Part shown: piece after piece, positions 37,539 through 49,657 of the stretch
How positions within the stretch are numbered: position 1 is the first letter of the stretch
Layout: each line of letters starts with the position of its first letter
Assembly (NCBI GenBank): GCA_029953675.1
Contig: JAMWBK010000004.1
Coordinates: forward strand, 1,922,001 to 1,986,000
Reading direction: 5' to 3'
Length of the DNA: 64,000 nt
Origin: Rhodosorus marinus CCMP1338
Taxonomy: Eukaryota > Plantae > Rhodophyta
Translations under genes and position numbers: made by a program
Notes under the pieces: generated by a model
What the model was told of the DNA's origin: nothing
The model's database searches: none
Seen by the model: the letters and a program-made list of their open reading frames with translations, nothing else

Positions 37539-38589
37539 ATGGCTGAAAATATGGACATGATTTATGTTTGTTACGCTTGTAACGATAGAAATGCGAGGAC
37601 GAGGGAGAGCGAGGGCGAACTTGTTTGTGAGTCGTGTGGGATGGAGGGGTTCATCGAAAAAGTTGAGACCAGGAGTGCTCTCGACGAGGCTCGGAGGTTC
37701 GTGAGGCATGAGGATGCCGAACCGAGGGAAGCAGATGGAGGTAACTCAGCTGCTACTGCGAGGGCACCACCTCCAAACATTCCCCAGTTTAGTTTAGCTG
37801 TTTTCGGCGGTTCGGGGGTACCCGGAACTTCAAATGTCGATGTAAACCTCGGTGAGAATGCAGGAGGTCCCGTACAGGTGAGCTTTTTTTTTGAAAGAGT
37901 CACCGCGTCCACCTTGGATATAGTTTTCCTTTTATTGCTGCGAGCAGTTCTGACGGTGTGACCGTACTGTTTTGGTCGTAGTTACGTCAGAGATTATTTA
38001 CGAGCTTGATTGACGGTCTGCAAATTGAAAACCAACGAGGGGGCGGATTCGCCGCGGAGTAAGTTCTTGACTCATGTCCTGAGTATAGTGCATGGGGTGC
38101 GTACCTTAGCAGCTAACCGATTGGTTTTGTTTTGCCGTCGCTTTTCGTTTGTGAAGTTTTGGTATGATGCTCGACGGGCTGACCAGGATGTCCGGTGACT
38201 ACGTGATCGGTGAAGGAGGGTTAAACGCGGTTATTCAACATCTGACAGAAAACGATCCCAACCAGTACGGGAATCCTCCGGCGGCAAAGGACGCCGTCAA
38301 CGCTTTGCCCAAACTTAAAGTGACTGAGAGCATACTAGGTAGTGAAGACGGATGTGCGGTGTGCAAGGATGCGTTCGAACTGGACCAGGAGTGCGTGCAA
38401 ATGCCATGTAGCCATATTTTCTGCGAGAGCTGCATCAGTCCGTGGTTGGAAAGGCATAACACATGTCCTGTTTGCCGCTTTGAGCTGAGAACCGACGACG
38501 CAGACTACGAGCGAAGGCGCGTTAGCGCTCAGGCAAGACAAGATTCGCAGGCGGCCACTGCACGACAGGCTCCCAACTCTTCACAGTGA
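37539..38589 (+). CDS. RNF115/RNF126-like RING-H2 E3 ubiquitin ligase with N-terminal zinc ribbon; two introns
   Basis: N-terminal CYAC...CESC..GFIEKV, then YGNPPAAKDAVNALP and the RING-H2 CAVC..MPCSHIFC..CI.PWL..HNTCPVCR. Confidence 0.92.
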
Positions 38590-39091
38590 AAACAATGGAA
38601 CCCGTTAGCAAAGAGGCAAGCGGCCACCGGCAAGCGAACTCTGTAACTTTTTTTTTTTGGACTTTTGGTTCCGGCAGGGGTTGTAATGAAATGGTATTTA
38701 GTATGTTAAGGACTAGCTCTATCAAGCGATATGTTGATTACTATTGTTGAGAAGCTTGATATGGGCAGCAATGTTGAGTGTTTTTTTTGTCGTTCTGCCT
38801 ACTCTCTTGAGGTATAAACAAGATGAAAATACTTCGATTTATTTCTAAAAGACAATTGCAAATCTTAGAGAAGAAAGACGAACGGAGACGTTCAAGTTGT
38901 TGACACAACGACAAGGAACCCCAAAAGCTTTTAAAACTCCGTTCTTGGGGGCAATGCTACAAAACCTATTGCTCAATGAGCGCCCTAGCCTGTCGCAAAA
39001 GACAAACAACCTATGGAACGGCAACACACTTCCGTCATGAAACATCGCGAGGGAAACTATCTTCAACAGCGCCAAGGTTGTTGTATTCCGT

Positions 39092-40402
39092 TCATTTCTT
39101 ATCCTTCCCAAGAGCTTCCTTAATCGTCACCTGGGCAGCCAGATATTGTCTCGCACCATCAAGAATTGAGTCCTGCTTCTTTAGTCTCATCGAAGTACTT
39201 CTCGTTTGTAGCAGAAGCTGCTGGTCCAGGACCGTCATGTCGAGCATTTGGTTCACGCTGAAGGAGAATTTCTTTCTTCTATCAGCCTGCTCCACGTCTT
39301 GCTCAGCTGTCGAGTTCGAAAGAAAGCACCGATAAACAGAAGACAGCGTTGAGTGAGTCGCCACGCTACCGTATGGATTGAATGCAGGCTTGGTATACCG
39401 TCGCCGGGAGCTATTTTTGTCATTCGCTCTCCAAACTCTTGTCTTTTGTCGTAAAGCTTGTTTGAAAGTCTCAGAACATCTTGAAGCTTTGACCAGACGT
39501 TCAATTCCACTTCAGATATGTCTTCGGTAGGCTCTTCATCATCATAAAATTCTACCATAGCCTTGATGTATGGTTTCTCTTCCAGGTACCTGAAATGCAC
39601 CACATTCACCTTTATCAGTGCTCTGCTGTCACAAATGGACTCCAGAACGTAGGGTGACAAAGAACATGGCTGCTGAAAGACCTGCAGCGGTCGTCCTCTA
39701 CCCACCTGAGAACTCGAAATCGCTTTGTTCCATTGTTGTCCACGAGAAGACGTCCGTCGTCCAGCGGATTGTATTGCGTTACCTGAAAGGTCGGCAGGGA
39801 ACAATAGAAACGTGTCAGAGCTTAGACTCCAACCTAAGACTGGATCGAGGACTACAAGGAGCTCACACGAGCTAGAAGGGCAAGCGCTTACAAGTGCAGC
39901 ACAGCCAACCCTCGCGACAAGATTGTTTTCTTTGTTGTAGAAAATAAGACCGAACGTGTTGTCCTTTTCCTGAATACGGTTAAACAACAGTCGGTACCTC
40001 ATCTCGAAAATGTGCAGCGGGGTATTCGCTCCAGGGTTCAGCACAATCCCGAGCGGAAACAGGGGCAGCTCCCTGACTGAACCTTGCTCAACCTGAACGA
40101 GGCGGAGGATCAGAAAACAAGAGAAACGCTTTGGTAAGAAAACAAACAGCTAAAAACTCGCGTTTTCTAAGCAAAACCGGAGCGCTTGTCACCTTCTCCT
40201 TCTCATCGTCCAATCTGATATCATCGACTCTTGGCCTATAGTACTCAATCTCCGCATTACTGAACGAGATTTCTCCACCTCCTTCAGCCGTCATTCTCAG
40301 CAGTAACATTTTGCGGGAAGGACGTCCGGAACAAACCATCCTCGAGCCCTTGGATGATGTCCATCCGCCCACACCATTCGAAATTCCCACAAATCCATAC
40401 AT
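39092..40402 (-). CDS. LON peptidase N-terminal (substrate-binding) domain protein without protease domain, plastid-targeted; several introns
   Basis: Transit-like MYGFVGIS.., then ELPLFPLGIVLNPGANTPLHIFEMRYRLLF, and a C-terminal FSFSVNQMLDM...QQLLLQTRST..RL. Confidence 0.85.
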
Positions 40403-40513
40403 CTCCACAAAACCAACTCCAAGCTCAACCAGTCCAATCCAAACCAAAATTCTCACCCCCCACACAAACACGCAATCCAAACAGACCCCTCTTCAATCAC
40501 TCTGAGCTGTTCT

Positions 40514-41040
40514 TCTATAATTTCATCCTCTTCGCCGTCGTCTTTGCTCTTTCCTCATAAACGCCTTCCAGCTCTCTTTCATCCCAAGCCTGTTCAACCT
40601 TTCCCACCTCAAACGCCCACCGCGTATCCACATCCCATCCATTGCATCTTCTCCAAGCAACTGTTCCATTGTAAAACTGACTTTGGTGCAGGCTTTCCGC
40701 AGGTGGGCAGCTGGCACTCTTGACAGATACATCGGTTCTCTTTTCGACAACCAGTTTTTCGAGGATCAGTTAGTTAACTGTGAAGCTGCAATCATATTCG
40801 AATGGTCTCAGCAAGAGGCCTTAGCGACACCCTCTTACCAATCCATTTCGTCTTCCCAAGCAACATTCCACGGCAACAAAGCTGTCTGTGAAGCAGGCTC
40901 AGGGGGTATCTGTTTGCTTATGACGATGTATTATTCGCATCGAGGATCAGCTAGTGAATTAAGTTGTTGATATCCTTATCCATGCGCGTCGAGAGGCGAC
41001 AACCACCAGCTTCCTGGCATCTTTCTCAACAATCATGCCT
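40514..41040 (-). CDS. Possible spliced hypothetical gene; exon structure unresolved
   Basis: Two overlapping open frames end at about 40514 and 40523. A GTAAGA donor and a CTAAC branch point lie upstream. No homology recognised. Confidence 0.25.
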
Positions 41041-41682
41041 GGAAACGAGAAGGTCGCTCAGGTAGCAGCTGACTGTTTGTAACAGTATTCGAGCTACGAG
41101 GATCTAGCACCGTACTTACAAACTATTTCAATGTTCAAGGGGCCTCACTGACCAGCGGAAGAAACCAAAAAAATCGCGGCATCCATTGGCAGAATGCAGA
41201 GAACGCCCGTATGTTAAAAATCGCTCGAAGTACCGGACATCTCAAAGATTCGTGCGTAGAGAACAAGCCACTGGACTAGAACAGCTTCAGTCCTCGTCGA
41301 CAGGCTAGATTCTGAGGCTGAGAATTCCAATTCAATAGTTTCGGAAGTATGCTAGAGGCAAGCCTTGAATGTCCACGTTGCCGACAACTGGCAGATACGT
41401 AAGTTTGGGGTCAAGCTTCCTCGCTTGCGTCAGTAAGAATGAGTGAACATGATAGGAGCAGAAAACTGTCTATTTAATATGAAGCCTATACAAACTCAAC
41501 AACCTTGAATAAACGACAGATCTTGAAACACCTGTAGGCAACCGCTCTCTGATTCTGAGTACATGCGATCTTTGCAGTAGCCCAGACGGCAAAATGATCA
41601 CCGTTACCGCAACAGGGTGCTTTGAGTGGACTGGGGAATCGAAACTTCTTGTGAACCTTGCTTGTTCTGAACACTTCAGTTG

Positions 41683-42425
<743 letters not shown>

Positions 42426-44098
42426 CTACTTTGACCACCACAACCTCGTCATACCGTCAATACCACCTGCAGTAGAGCTACATCAACCTGTGCGGTGAGC
42501 CTTAGTCCTCCTATCTGCTTCTCCAAAATCAACTTGTTGTGCCTGGATTCCGCGTGAGAAGCAACCTTGGCGCAAAATCCGAAGCAAACCAGCTCCACCA
42601 AAAAAAAACTAGCCGTTCGCAATGAGAGTTTTAAAATATAATGAATAGTAAATTAAAACGGAGAATTGACCAGAAGAAAAAAAAACAAATTTGTAAATGA
42701 CAGTCTGTCCCAACTCCGCAGTTGAATTCCAGCAGAAAAATATATGCGCGGATGAAACAAGAAATTCATTAGCTAACCTATCAGTTTTGACAGCAGAACA
42801 TTACTTTTGGCAATATTTGGATTTATTTCAATTTAAAGAGTATCCCGCACTTTATTGGCTATACTAAAGCTCTAAGCCAATAGTTTCGCTACATGTTTTT
42901 GGAATCCGAATATTATTTATAAAATAAACGCAAATCTATTCAAAAAAAATTTGCGTACGGGTTCAACTCGATTCTAGTACACGGTACTAATTGTGTGAGC
43001 ACCACGGGGTACTCAACGAAAAGGACTCTGGTCGAAGGCTTACTTCCCAGGGCCTCTTTTCAGATTTGAATGACGCAGTTTATAATCCCATGCGTCTGAT
43101 GTCATAGGATGGGCTTCATTTCACCTCCCATGCCCTGAACTCCTGCTGTCACGAACCTTCCATCGCCGCGGTGCAACGCCCGCCGCCCCCTCCCCAAAGG
43201 AAAACTTCTGTTGCTCGCACCCAGCTCACCCCCAGAAGGAGTGTCTAGGTCTCTCACCCAGAAAACGCGAGCGAAAAACAACGAAATCAACCACTTCCTT
43301 CTCCGCACGGCCTCCCAAGCGAAACACCCTCAACCACTCCGCTAAAGCATAAACCAGACAGACTGTCTCAAACCAGTAAACAGGCTGTCCAAGCAGCGTT
43401 TCTAGATCGAGGCAACGGCCTCGGTCCGAAAGAAAAAGGGTTAAAAAATATAGACACAAAATTAATAATTTTCACGTTCTCTTCTCATGAATTGTGAGAA
43501 AGGAGGACGCGACCTTGATGCGAGACTCTCCCACTCTCAACTCCCTCAAAATTTCGGCCTAAAAACTCTTCTGTTTCCGATGAAGCTTTGAGAAGTCCAT
43601 ATTTCTTTTTCTGGGTGGATGCGAGGGGGGGTATTAAATCAAGCGATAATCTACTCTTACCTCCTCGAGGTTTTTCGAGGGGTATGAATGAATCAGTTAC
43701 TATACCTCTTTTCATCTATTTGTTTGGGAATTATTGAATTGAATGGTCGGGATTGGAAGCATGTAAGAAGAAGGGGGGGTCCTAAGTATCCTGAAATTGT
43801 TCTGGGAGGAGGAAAAATCGGAGGGGAGGGGGGGAATTTTTAACGATGGTGAGGACAGAAGTGAAGTAGTGGTGAGTGAGGGAGTAGACGTTGGATTTGG
43901 GGTTGTTGGGGAGGGTGAGTGGTTTGCGTCGGGGAGAGCTAGTGTACGTATGAACCATTTTGGAAAATTTACGAGATGATCTACTTTTATGAGGATGGGG
44001 TGGTGCTATAGATTTGGCTTTTTTGCGTTCTCGGGGATGGTACTTTTTTGGTGAGCGTTCATGAAGCGAGTTGGAGCGTTCGTGCCTTGAGTTCCGGC

Positions 44099-45619
44099 AT
44101 GCTGAGAGGGCTGCTGAGGGGTGTCGGGACCAGCTTGGCTCGTACACCCCTGGGGAAGAGGAGGTCCATAAATTATTTGCACAGCTCGACTCCAGTTCAA
44201 GGATGGTTTGCAAGGGACGCGTTAAGGAGGAGTCCCCGTCCAGGTGGTGTAATAGTGCTCTTGAGAGCTTGTCCAACAGCCGACGATCTTCATGAATGCG
44301 TGTTATATGGAGAGCAACTTGGGAGAGCCTCGACATGGTTGTGCAAATTGTATTCTGTCGCATTTGCTTGCGTGGGAAAATTGGGTTCTGGACCGGACTC
44401 TGATAATGCGGGGAAGCTCCTCGGCGCTCTAGCTGCTCGTGCTAAGGATATGCAGGACGTCTTCGATGGCCAAACTTACACAGCACTGGTCGGTGCTTGC
44501 GTTGGCTGTGGAACGTTTGATCTTGCTGAGAGAGTTTTCACAAATTTTAGAGCCTTGGCTGGAACCGAACCTACGACTATTTGCTACAATAGTATGATTC
44601 ACGGTTATTCAAAGTCTGATCAATTCGAAAAGGCCTCGGCACTCATTCGGGAGATGCGGTCTAAGGATATCCCCAGGACCGCCACGACGTACTCGCCACT
44701 TCTCGAGTATTTGGCTAGACGGAGGCGCATCCCAGAAGCGAAAGAGATTTTGGAGAGAATGAGGCAGGATGAGATTCAATATGACGTTCGGCTTCACAAT
44801 GCAATTCTTTTTATGTACTCTTGCGGGAAGGAAACCTCCAAGGCCTTGGGTTTGTTGCTCGAATTTCTTAAGGAAGAAGAAAAGGGCGGAATGCGGGTGT
44901 CGAGGGAAATGTTCCATTCTGTTATGGACGGTTTTGCCAATGCCGGGGATAAGGCTACTGTTCGGAAGTTGTACACCCAAATCGGACTGAGGTTCAAACC
45001 TGATTCGTACTCATTTACCCTGATGATTCGCTCATGTCTTCTCCACGCCACAATACATGGAACCTGGTCAGAAGATGTTGAGGCTGCGTTATCCGTTTGG
45101 GAGGACATGAAGCGAGCTAGAGTAGCCCCAGCAGTGATCGCCTATAACTCCATGATAATGCTAGTGGGGAAGACTAGCGTTCAGGACATGCTTTCCTTCT
45201 ACGAATCCATGATCGAGAAAGGACAAAAGCCGAACGTTTTTACGTACTGTGCTCTCGCAGAGGGGTTTAGGGGTATCGGGGAGGAGGAAAGGGCGTTGGA
45301 GTTTATGGAGAAGGCCAGGAATGCTCTAGGTCCTGGTGATGACTTTCGCTCTTATCAGTTGATACGGTTCCAGCTCGAGACTGGAAACGTAGCTCTCGCG
45401 GTTGCACTGCTGAACTCCGCGAGCGCGGCTCATGCAACTAACTTCAACGTGGTTCTCAACTATTTAATGAGAAGATCAATGTATGACAAAGTGGACGACG
45501 TGGTGAGCCTGATGAAACTGAAACGCGTTCCTTTTAACCAAAGCACCTACGATATACTAGTCCGTAGGGCGGGACTGAAGAGTGAGGCTACGCAAAAAAC
45601 ATACGAGAACCAAGCATAG
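44099..45619 (+). CDS. Pentatricopeptide repeat (P-type) protein, probably mitochondrial
   Basis: Presequence-like MLRGLLRGVGTSLART.. and repeats such as TICYNSMIHGYSK, ATTYSPLLEYL, VIAYNSMIML and PNVFTYCALAEGF. Confidence 0.9.
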   Translation: MLRGLLRGVGTSLARTPLGKRRSINYLHSSTPVQGWFARDALRRSPRPGGVIVLLRACPTADDLHECVLYGEQLGRASTWLCKLYSVAFACVGKLGSGPDSDNAGKLLGALAARAKDMQDVFDGQTYTALVGACVGCGTFDLAERVFTNFRALAGTEPTTICYNSMIHGYSKSDQFEKASALIREMRSKDIPRTATTYSPLLEYLARRRRIPEAKEILERMRQDEIQYDVRLHNAILFMYSCGKETSKALGLLLEFLKEEEKGGMRVSREMFHSVMDGFANAGDKATVRKLYTQIGLRFKPDSYSFTLMIRSCLLHATIHGTWSEDVEAALSVWEDMKRARVAPAVIAYNSMIMLVGKTSVQDMLSFYESMIEKGQKPNVFTYCALAEGFRGIGEEERALEFMEKARNALGPGDDFRSYQLIRFQLETGNVALAVALLNSASAAHATNFNVVLNYLMRRSMYDKVDDVVSLMKLKRVPFNQSTYDILVRRAGLKSEATQKTYENQA

Positions 45620-45819
45620 CTTCTGTTTGTTGATATGGTAAACCTTGCCTCGCCGGGCTCGTTCCTTTGAGCCGCTTCCAGATGCGCGGCCGAGTTTCGG
45701 AATGATTTTGGCTTTTTTATTGAGAAGTTTATCTTGGGGGAGAAGATTTTTTTAGTATGGAGCTGGGTGGAGTCGTTCCAAGCATTTCTGAACGCTTTCG
45801 GTTCTAAAAACTTGTGTTG

Positions 45820-46082
45820 CAGGTTTTCCGGTGAAGGAAGTGCTCCTGTTGTACCGGGAGATGGTGGCTCGCGGGATACCTCGAGATCCGCGAACGGTTG
45901 ATCGCTGTGTATTTTTTTGCGGAAGTTGCCCTTCCGACGAGGCGAGGAGGCTTTTAGATGAGATCGCAGAGCACGACGGTGAGACCTTGAGAAACTGCTG
46001 CAGAAAATCAAAAGCGTTTTCGGAAGCGATGTTGAAGCAGGATGTGAAAAAGCTGGAGGGGAGCTGCGAAACGCACAACTAA
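45820..46082 (+). CDS. PPR-like segment, probably a downstream exon of the PPR gene at 44099
   Basis: KEVLLLYREMVARGIPRDPRT follows a TTGCAG acceptor. The splice path from the main ORF was not resolved. Confidence 0.5.
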
Positions 46083-46632
46083 ATTCGAAGAGCTTGAAAG
46101 CTTCCTGTTCGGGGTCCCATTCTGTCGGTTTTGATGGGCGGGGGTTGGTGGGATTGATGGTGGATTGGCGTGCTGGTATTTAGGGTGTCTTGTGGAAACG
46201 TGACAGGGCGCCTAGACATCCCTTGATCCATTTCGTTCCAAGAGAGTCTCTACGCCTGTGTGGGCAGTTGCCAAACACTTGTTTTGCGCAGACAAATCAA
46301 TTGACTGCTTGTCCTGGTATCTCTTCGTGTCCCTGAGTAGAAGTAGATGATCTCCACGTCCTGTGCTCTTGTCGGTGTGTGCTTCCATACGATTCTGCCG
46401 TTGTTCTTTTTGATTAACTGTCATTTATTCTTAACGTAACTTTGTTTAGCAAAAAAATGTGAATAAATTCGATATCACGATATCAAGCTTGATCTGTCCG
46501 TGACATTTCTACATGTGGTGGCCTCCCCTTGCATTTCAGGTTCCCCCCGACGGGTCGGGAAGAAACGCGGCATTATTGACGGAAATGGCTCTGCATGCCG
46601 CACACATTTGCGAGTTAATTTCCATGAAGTAG

Positions 46633-49600
46633 TTATGATTCTGGAGGGCCATCGGGGTCCACGGCAAAGTGCTGGCCGGCGAGCTCCGCCTCGATTCCTC
46701 CAAACCTTTGCGCAGCCTCGGTAAATGAACTCCAGTTGCTCCCAAGCATCTTCTTCGTCTTGCCAAGATTGTACAGGTCCGCCAAGGCGTATCGCACGCA
46801 GGAAGCGTCACGATCATCGCACGTGCGGTCTGTCGTGTGAATTTTTCCAGGGAATTCCTTTTCCATTTCCTCCTGGACTTCGACTGTGTCCGAGGCCACG
46901 TAGAACTCGAGTTCCGGGTCTTCGATGGCGAGTTGCCTCATCTGTAGACACGCGAACCATAGGATTCAGCAAAAAAAATCTCCTTTTCCAATATAGTTTC
47001 TCTCAGCGGGAGTAGGCTACATCTGGAAACTTACCCTGTCAATAAAGTTCTTGTAGTGACTCTTGTGGCGCCAGTAGTCCATAGTATTCGAAGCTGACGC
47101 AGTATACTCCTTCGAAAAATCTACATTCTGGATGTCCTGTGCCAGATCACGGTTTCGAATATGGACACCCACCATATTGTTGAACGGCTTCGTGCTATGC
47201 TGTTCCATGATCTCCTTGACTTCGTCGACCGGGACAAGGGATCGCAAATTCTCGTTGTCCTGCTCCCAATCGCTAAGTTCTGGAGCATTCATGATGTACG
47301 CTCCCTTATAATAGAGGTGCATCTCGGGATCGTCAACCACAAGCTCGTCCTTGACGGCATCTTCTTCAAGTTCCATGTAATTGTAAACCTTCAGTTTCTT
47401 GAAAGCGTCATCGTACTTTTGTCCGTCCTTGAAAGGAGCTTTAGGACCCAATTCGCCCATTGTCACGTATTTACTAGCGAACAGGTCCTCGAAATCGGAG
47501 CCACAGTGTTCATCGTTTTCCCAAATGATCACAAGCTCCCTGAATGGACAAATTCGAGTACAACGTTAGCAAATTTCCTCCACATACCTCAACAAGCAAC
47601 GCTGCTGTTTCTTGGGGAGTCGTTGTGCAATCGTACCTGTTTGAGTTCTTCGCAAATGACATCATCGATCCAAGCGCTCTGAGCCTGTTGCCAAGACCAT
47701 GCATACAGTGTCCAAACAAAATTTTCGGCGTGTACGATTCGTCTTCGCTCCTGCTCAGCCTTTCCATCAGGTTGCGTAGTAGAAGCTCCCGATTCTTCGT
47801 ACTCATCGATGCCAAAAAGTCCCATGGCACGAGGAACTGGTCCCTGAGACGCTGCCCTAATGCGGTTGCCCACGACTCCTCCCTGTCTACTTCAGCGCTG
47901 AGCTCTTCAACGCTAGATGGTTTCACTGTCGCAGTCACGTCGTAAACGTTTCCGTGAGCCTCCACTGCATAGGCGCTCCTTTCCGTCTGCTTGGGACCCC
48001 AATCATCAAGCTTCTTGAGCAAGAGGCTATTGTAGTCAGTCTCAACTTCGACGAACTTTACACCTTCCTGTGCGCGGGCAGAGTCATCGTGTTGAAGATG
48101 CATAATCTCGTCGTAGTTGACAACCGATTTCTCTAACTTCGCGCCGTTCATCAGGCGACTGTACATGTCCTCATCGTCCCAGCCGTAGGTTTGAATACGT
48201 TCGTCATAACCGAGGACATTCCAGAAATCCTTCTGATGCACATACATGGCCCCATTCAGGTGGCGCTCATTTTCATCTCTCGCGTTTTCCCAATCTCCAG
48301 ATACAAAGTTCCTCCCCTGCTCAATCTTATGCGATTCGGTGAAATTGTTGTGTAGGGCATAATCGCAGTCCAATTTGATCACTTTCTCGTAGCTCGCAAA
48401 TTGGACTCCGATGTTAAATGCTCTGGAGAGAACCCACTTCGGCTCATCGTTCACCCGAACAAGTTTGATCTTGTTGCTGTCAAGCGCGTCCACAATCTCC
48501 TGCATACAAATGCACGTGCCAAACGAGGTTGTCAATATGTGCGCGTGTCACAGCCAAGGACTGGGCCAGCAGCACTCACCTTTAAAGGTGGCTCAGAAGA
48601 CCAATCCACGAGCACGATTTCCTTGGCATCCTTTATGGTAAGCCAATTCTTAAGAATATCCTCGAGGTTCTCCTGGCGATTCATGCAAGCACCAACTATA
48701 GATATGCCATTCCCCAACTTCTCCATATCCTTCTCACCGATTTTGACATCAAATTTGCCTGTTTACGAGGAACCACTGGTTAGCAATATGAAGTCGTCGC
48801 GGCGTGTGGATAGATTGAAACTTACCCGAACTTGGGTAGATGCTCACGGCGCCGCCCTCGAACATGGACACCGCATTGGACATAAGCCAGATGCACGGAA
48901 TGACAAACAAGCCGAGAAGGAATAGGTACCGCAAGTTGCCAACCACGAGCAACCTGTTCAAACTACCCTTCTTGAGGGAGCCGCCGAACATTCCATATTC
49001 GTAGGGTTGGTTCGCTTCGTATCCGTACCCAGACCCTGAGTTCTGGTGGTAGGGAGAGTAGACCTTCCTCTGTGGTGGTGAGGAGAAACCATTTCCATTT
49101 GCATAGTTCTCAGCGGAGCACTCATTCGGATGAACCTGTCCACCCCTATGTTTCATTTCACCCGCTGCAGCATAGCTGGTCACCTGCTCGGTGTACTGTG
49201 GCCCTGATTGGTACTGGGTATACGGGCTGTAAGGAGCTGGAGATGAATATCCATACTGATTAAACGACTCAGTTACAGGGCTCACAGCCCGAACAGGCGT
49301 ACGAGAGCTGTTGCTGTTGTAAGCAGGATTCAGGCTTAGAGGAGGGATGCTCATCTGGCCACCAACTGCGGCCTCCGCGCCTTGACCCTGAGCCGAAGGT
49401 GAATAAGGAATCGGCGAAGCTGGCCCCGACGTTCTCGGTGCGTACCCAGAGGAAACGTTTGTCAAGGGCGACGCAGCACGTGGTGGCTCCACGGAGTAAC
49501 TCTGTGACCTGGCCATCTGCTCCATGTTGTCCGAATCATTTCGATATACCGAGCCACCGTTTTCCCAGCTCTGCTGAGCGCCGTTGTTCACTCCATTCGC

Positions 49601-49657
49601 ATTCCCGTTTCCCGCATTACCCCCATAGTTACCGTATCCCCCGCCTCCCTGCTGCAT
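46633..49657 (-). CDS. Type II membrane bifunctional glycosyltransferase: low-complexity N-terminus, TM helix, GT2/GT7-like GT-A domain and fucosyltransferase-like GT-B domain; four introns
   Basis: TM segment YLFLLGLFVIPCIWLM. GT-A motifs SIVGACMNR, VLVDWSS, KLDCD and GYDERIQTYGWDDED. FucT-like motifs HGLGNRLRA, VGVHIR, FYVASD and ADLYNL......GSNWSSF. Confidence 0.85.

Noticed and set aside
42950-43020. tRNA suggested by GGGTTCAACTC
   Set aside because: No matching T-stem, acceptor stem or D-arm could be formed.
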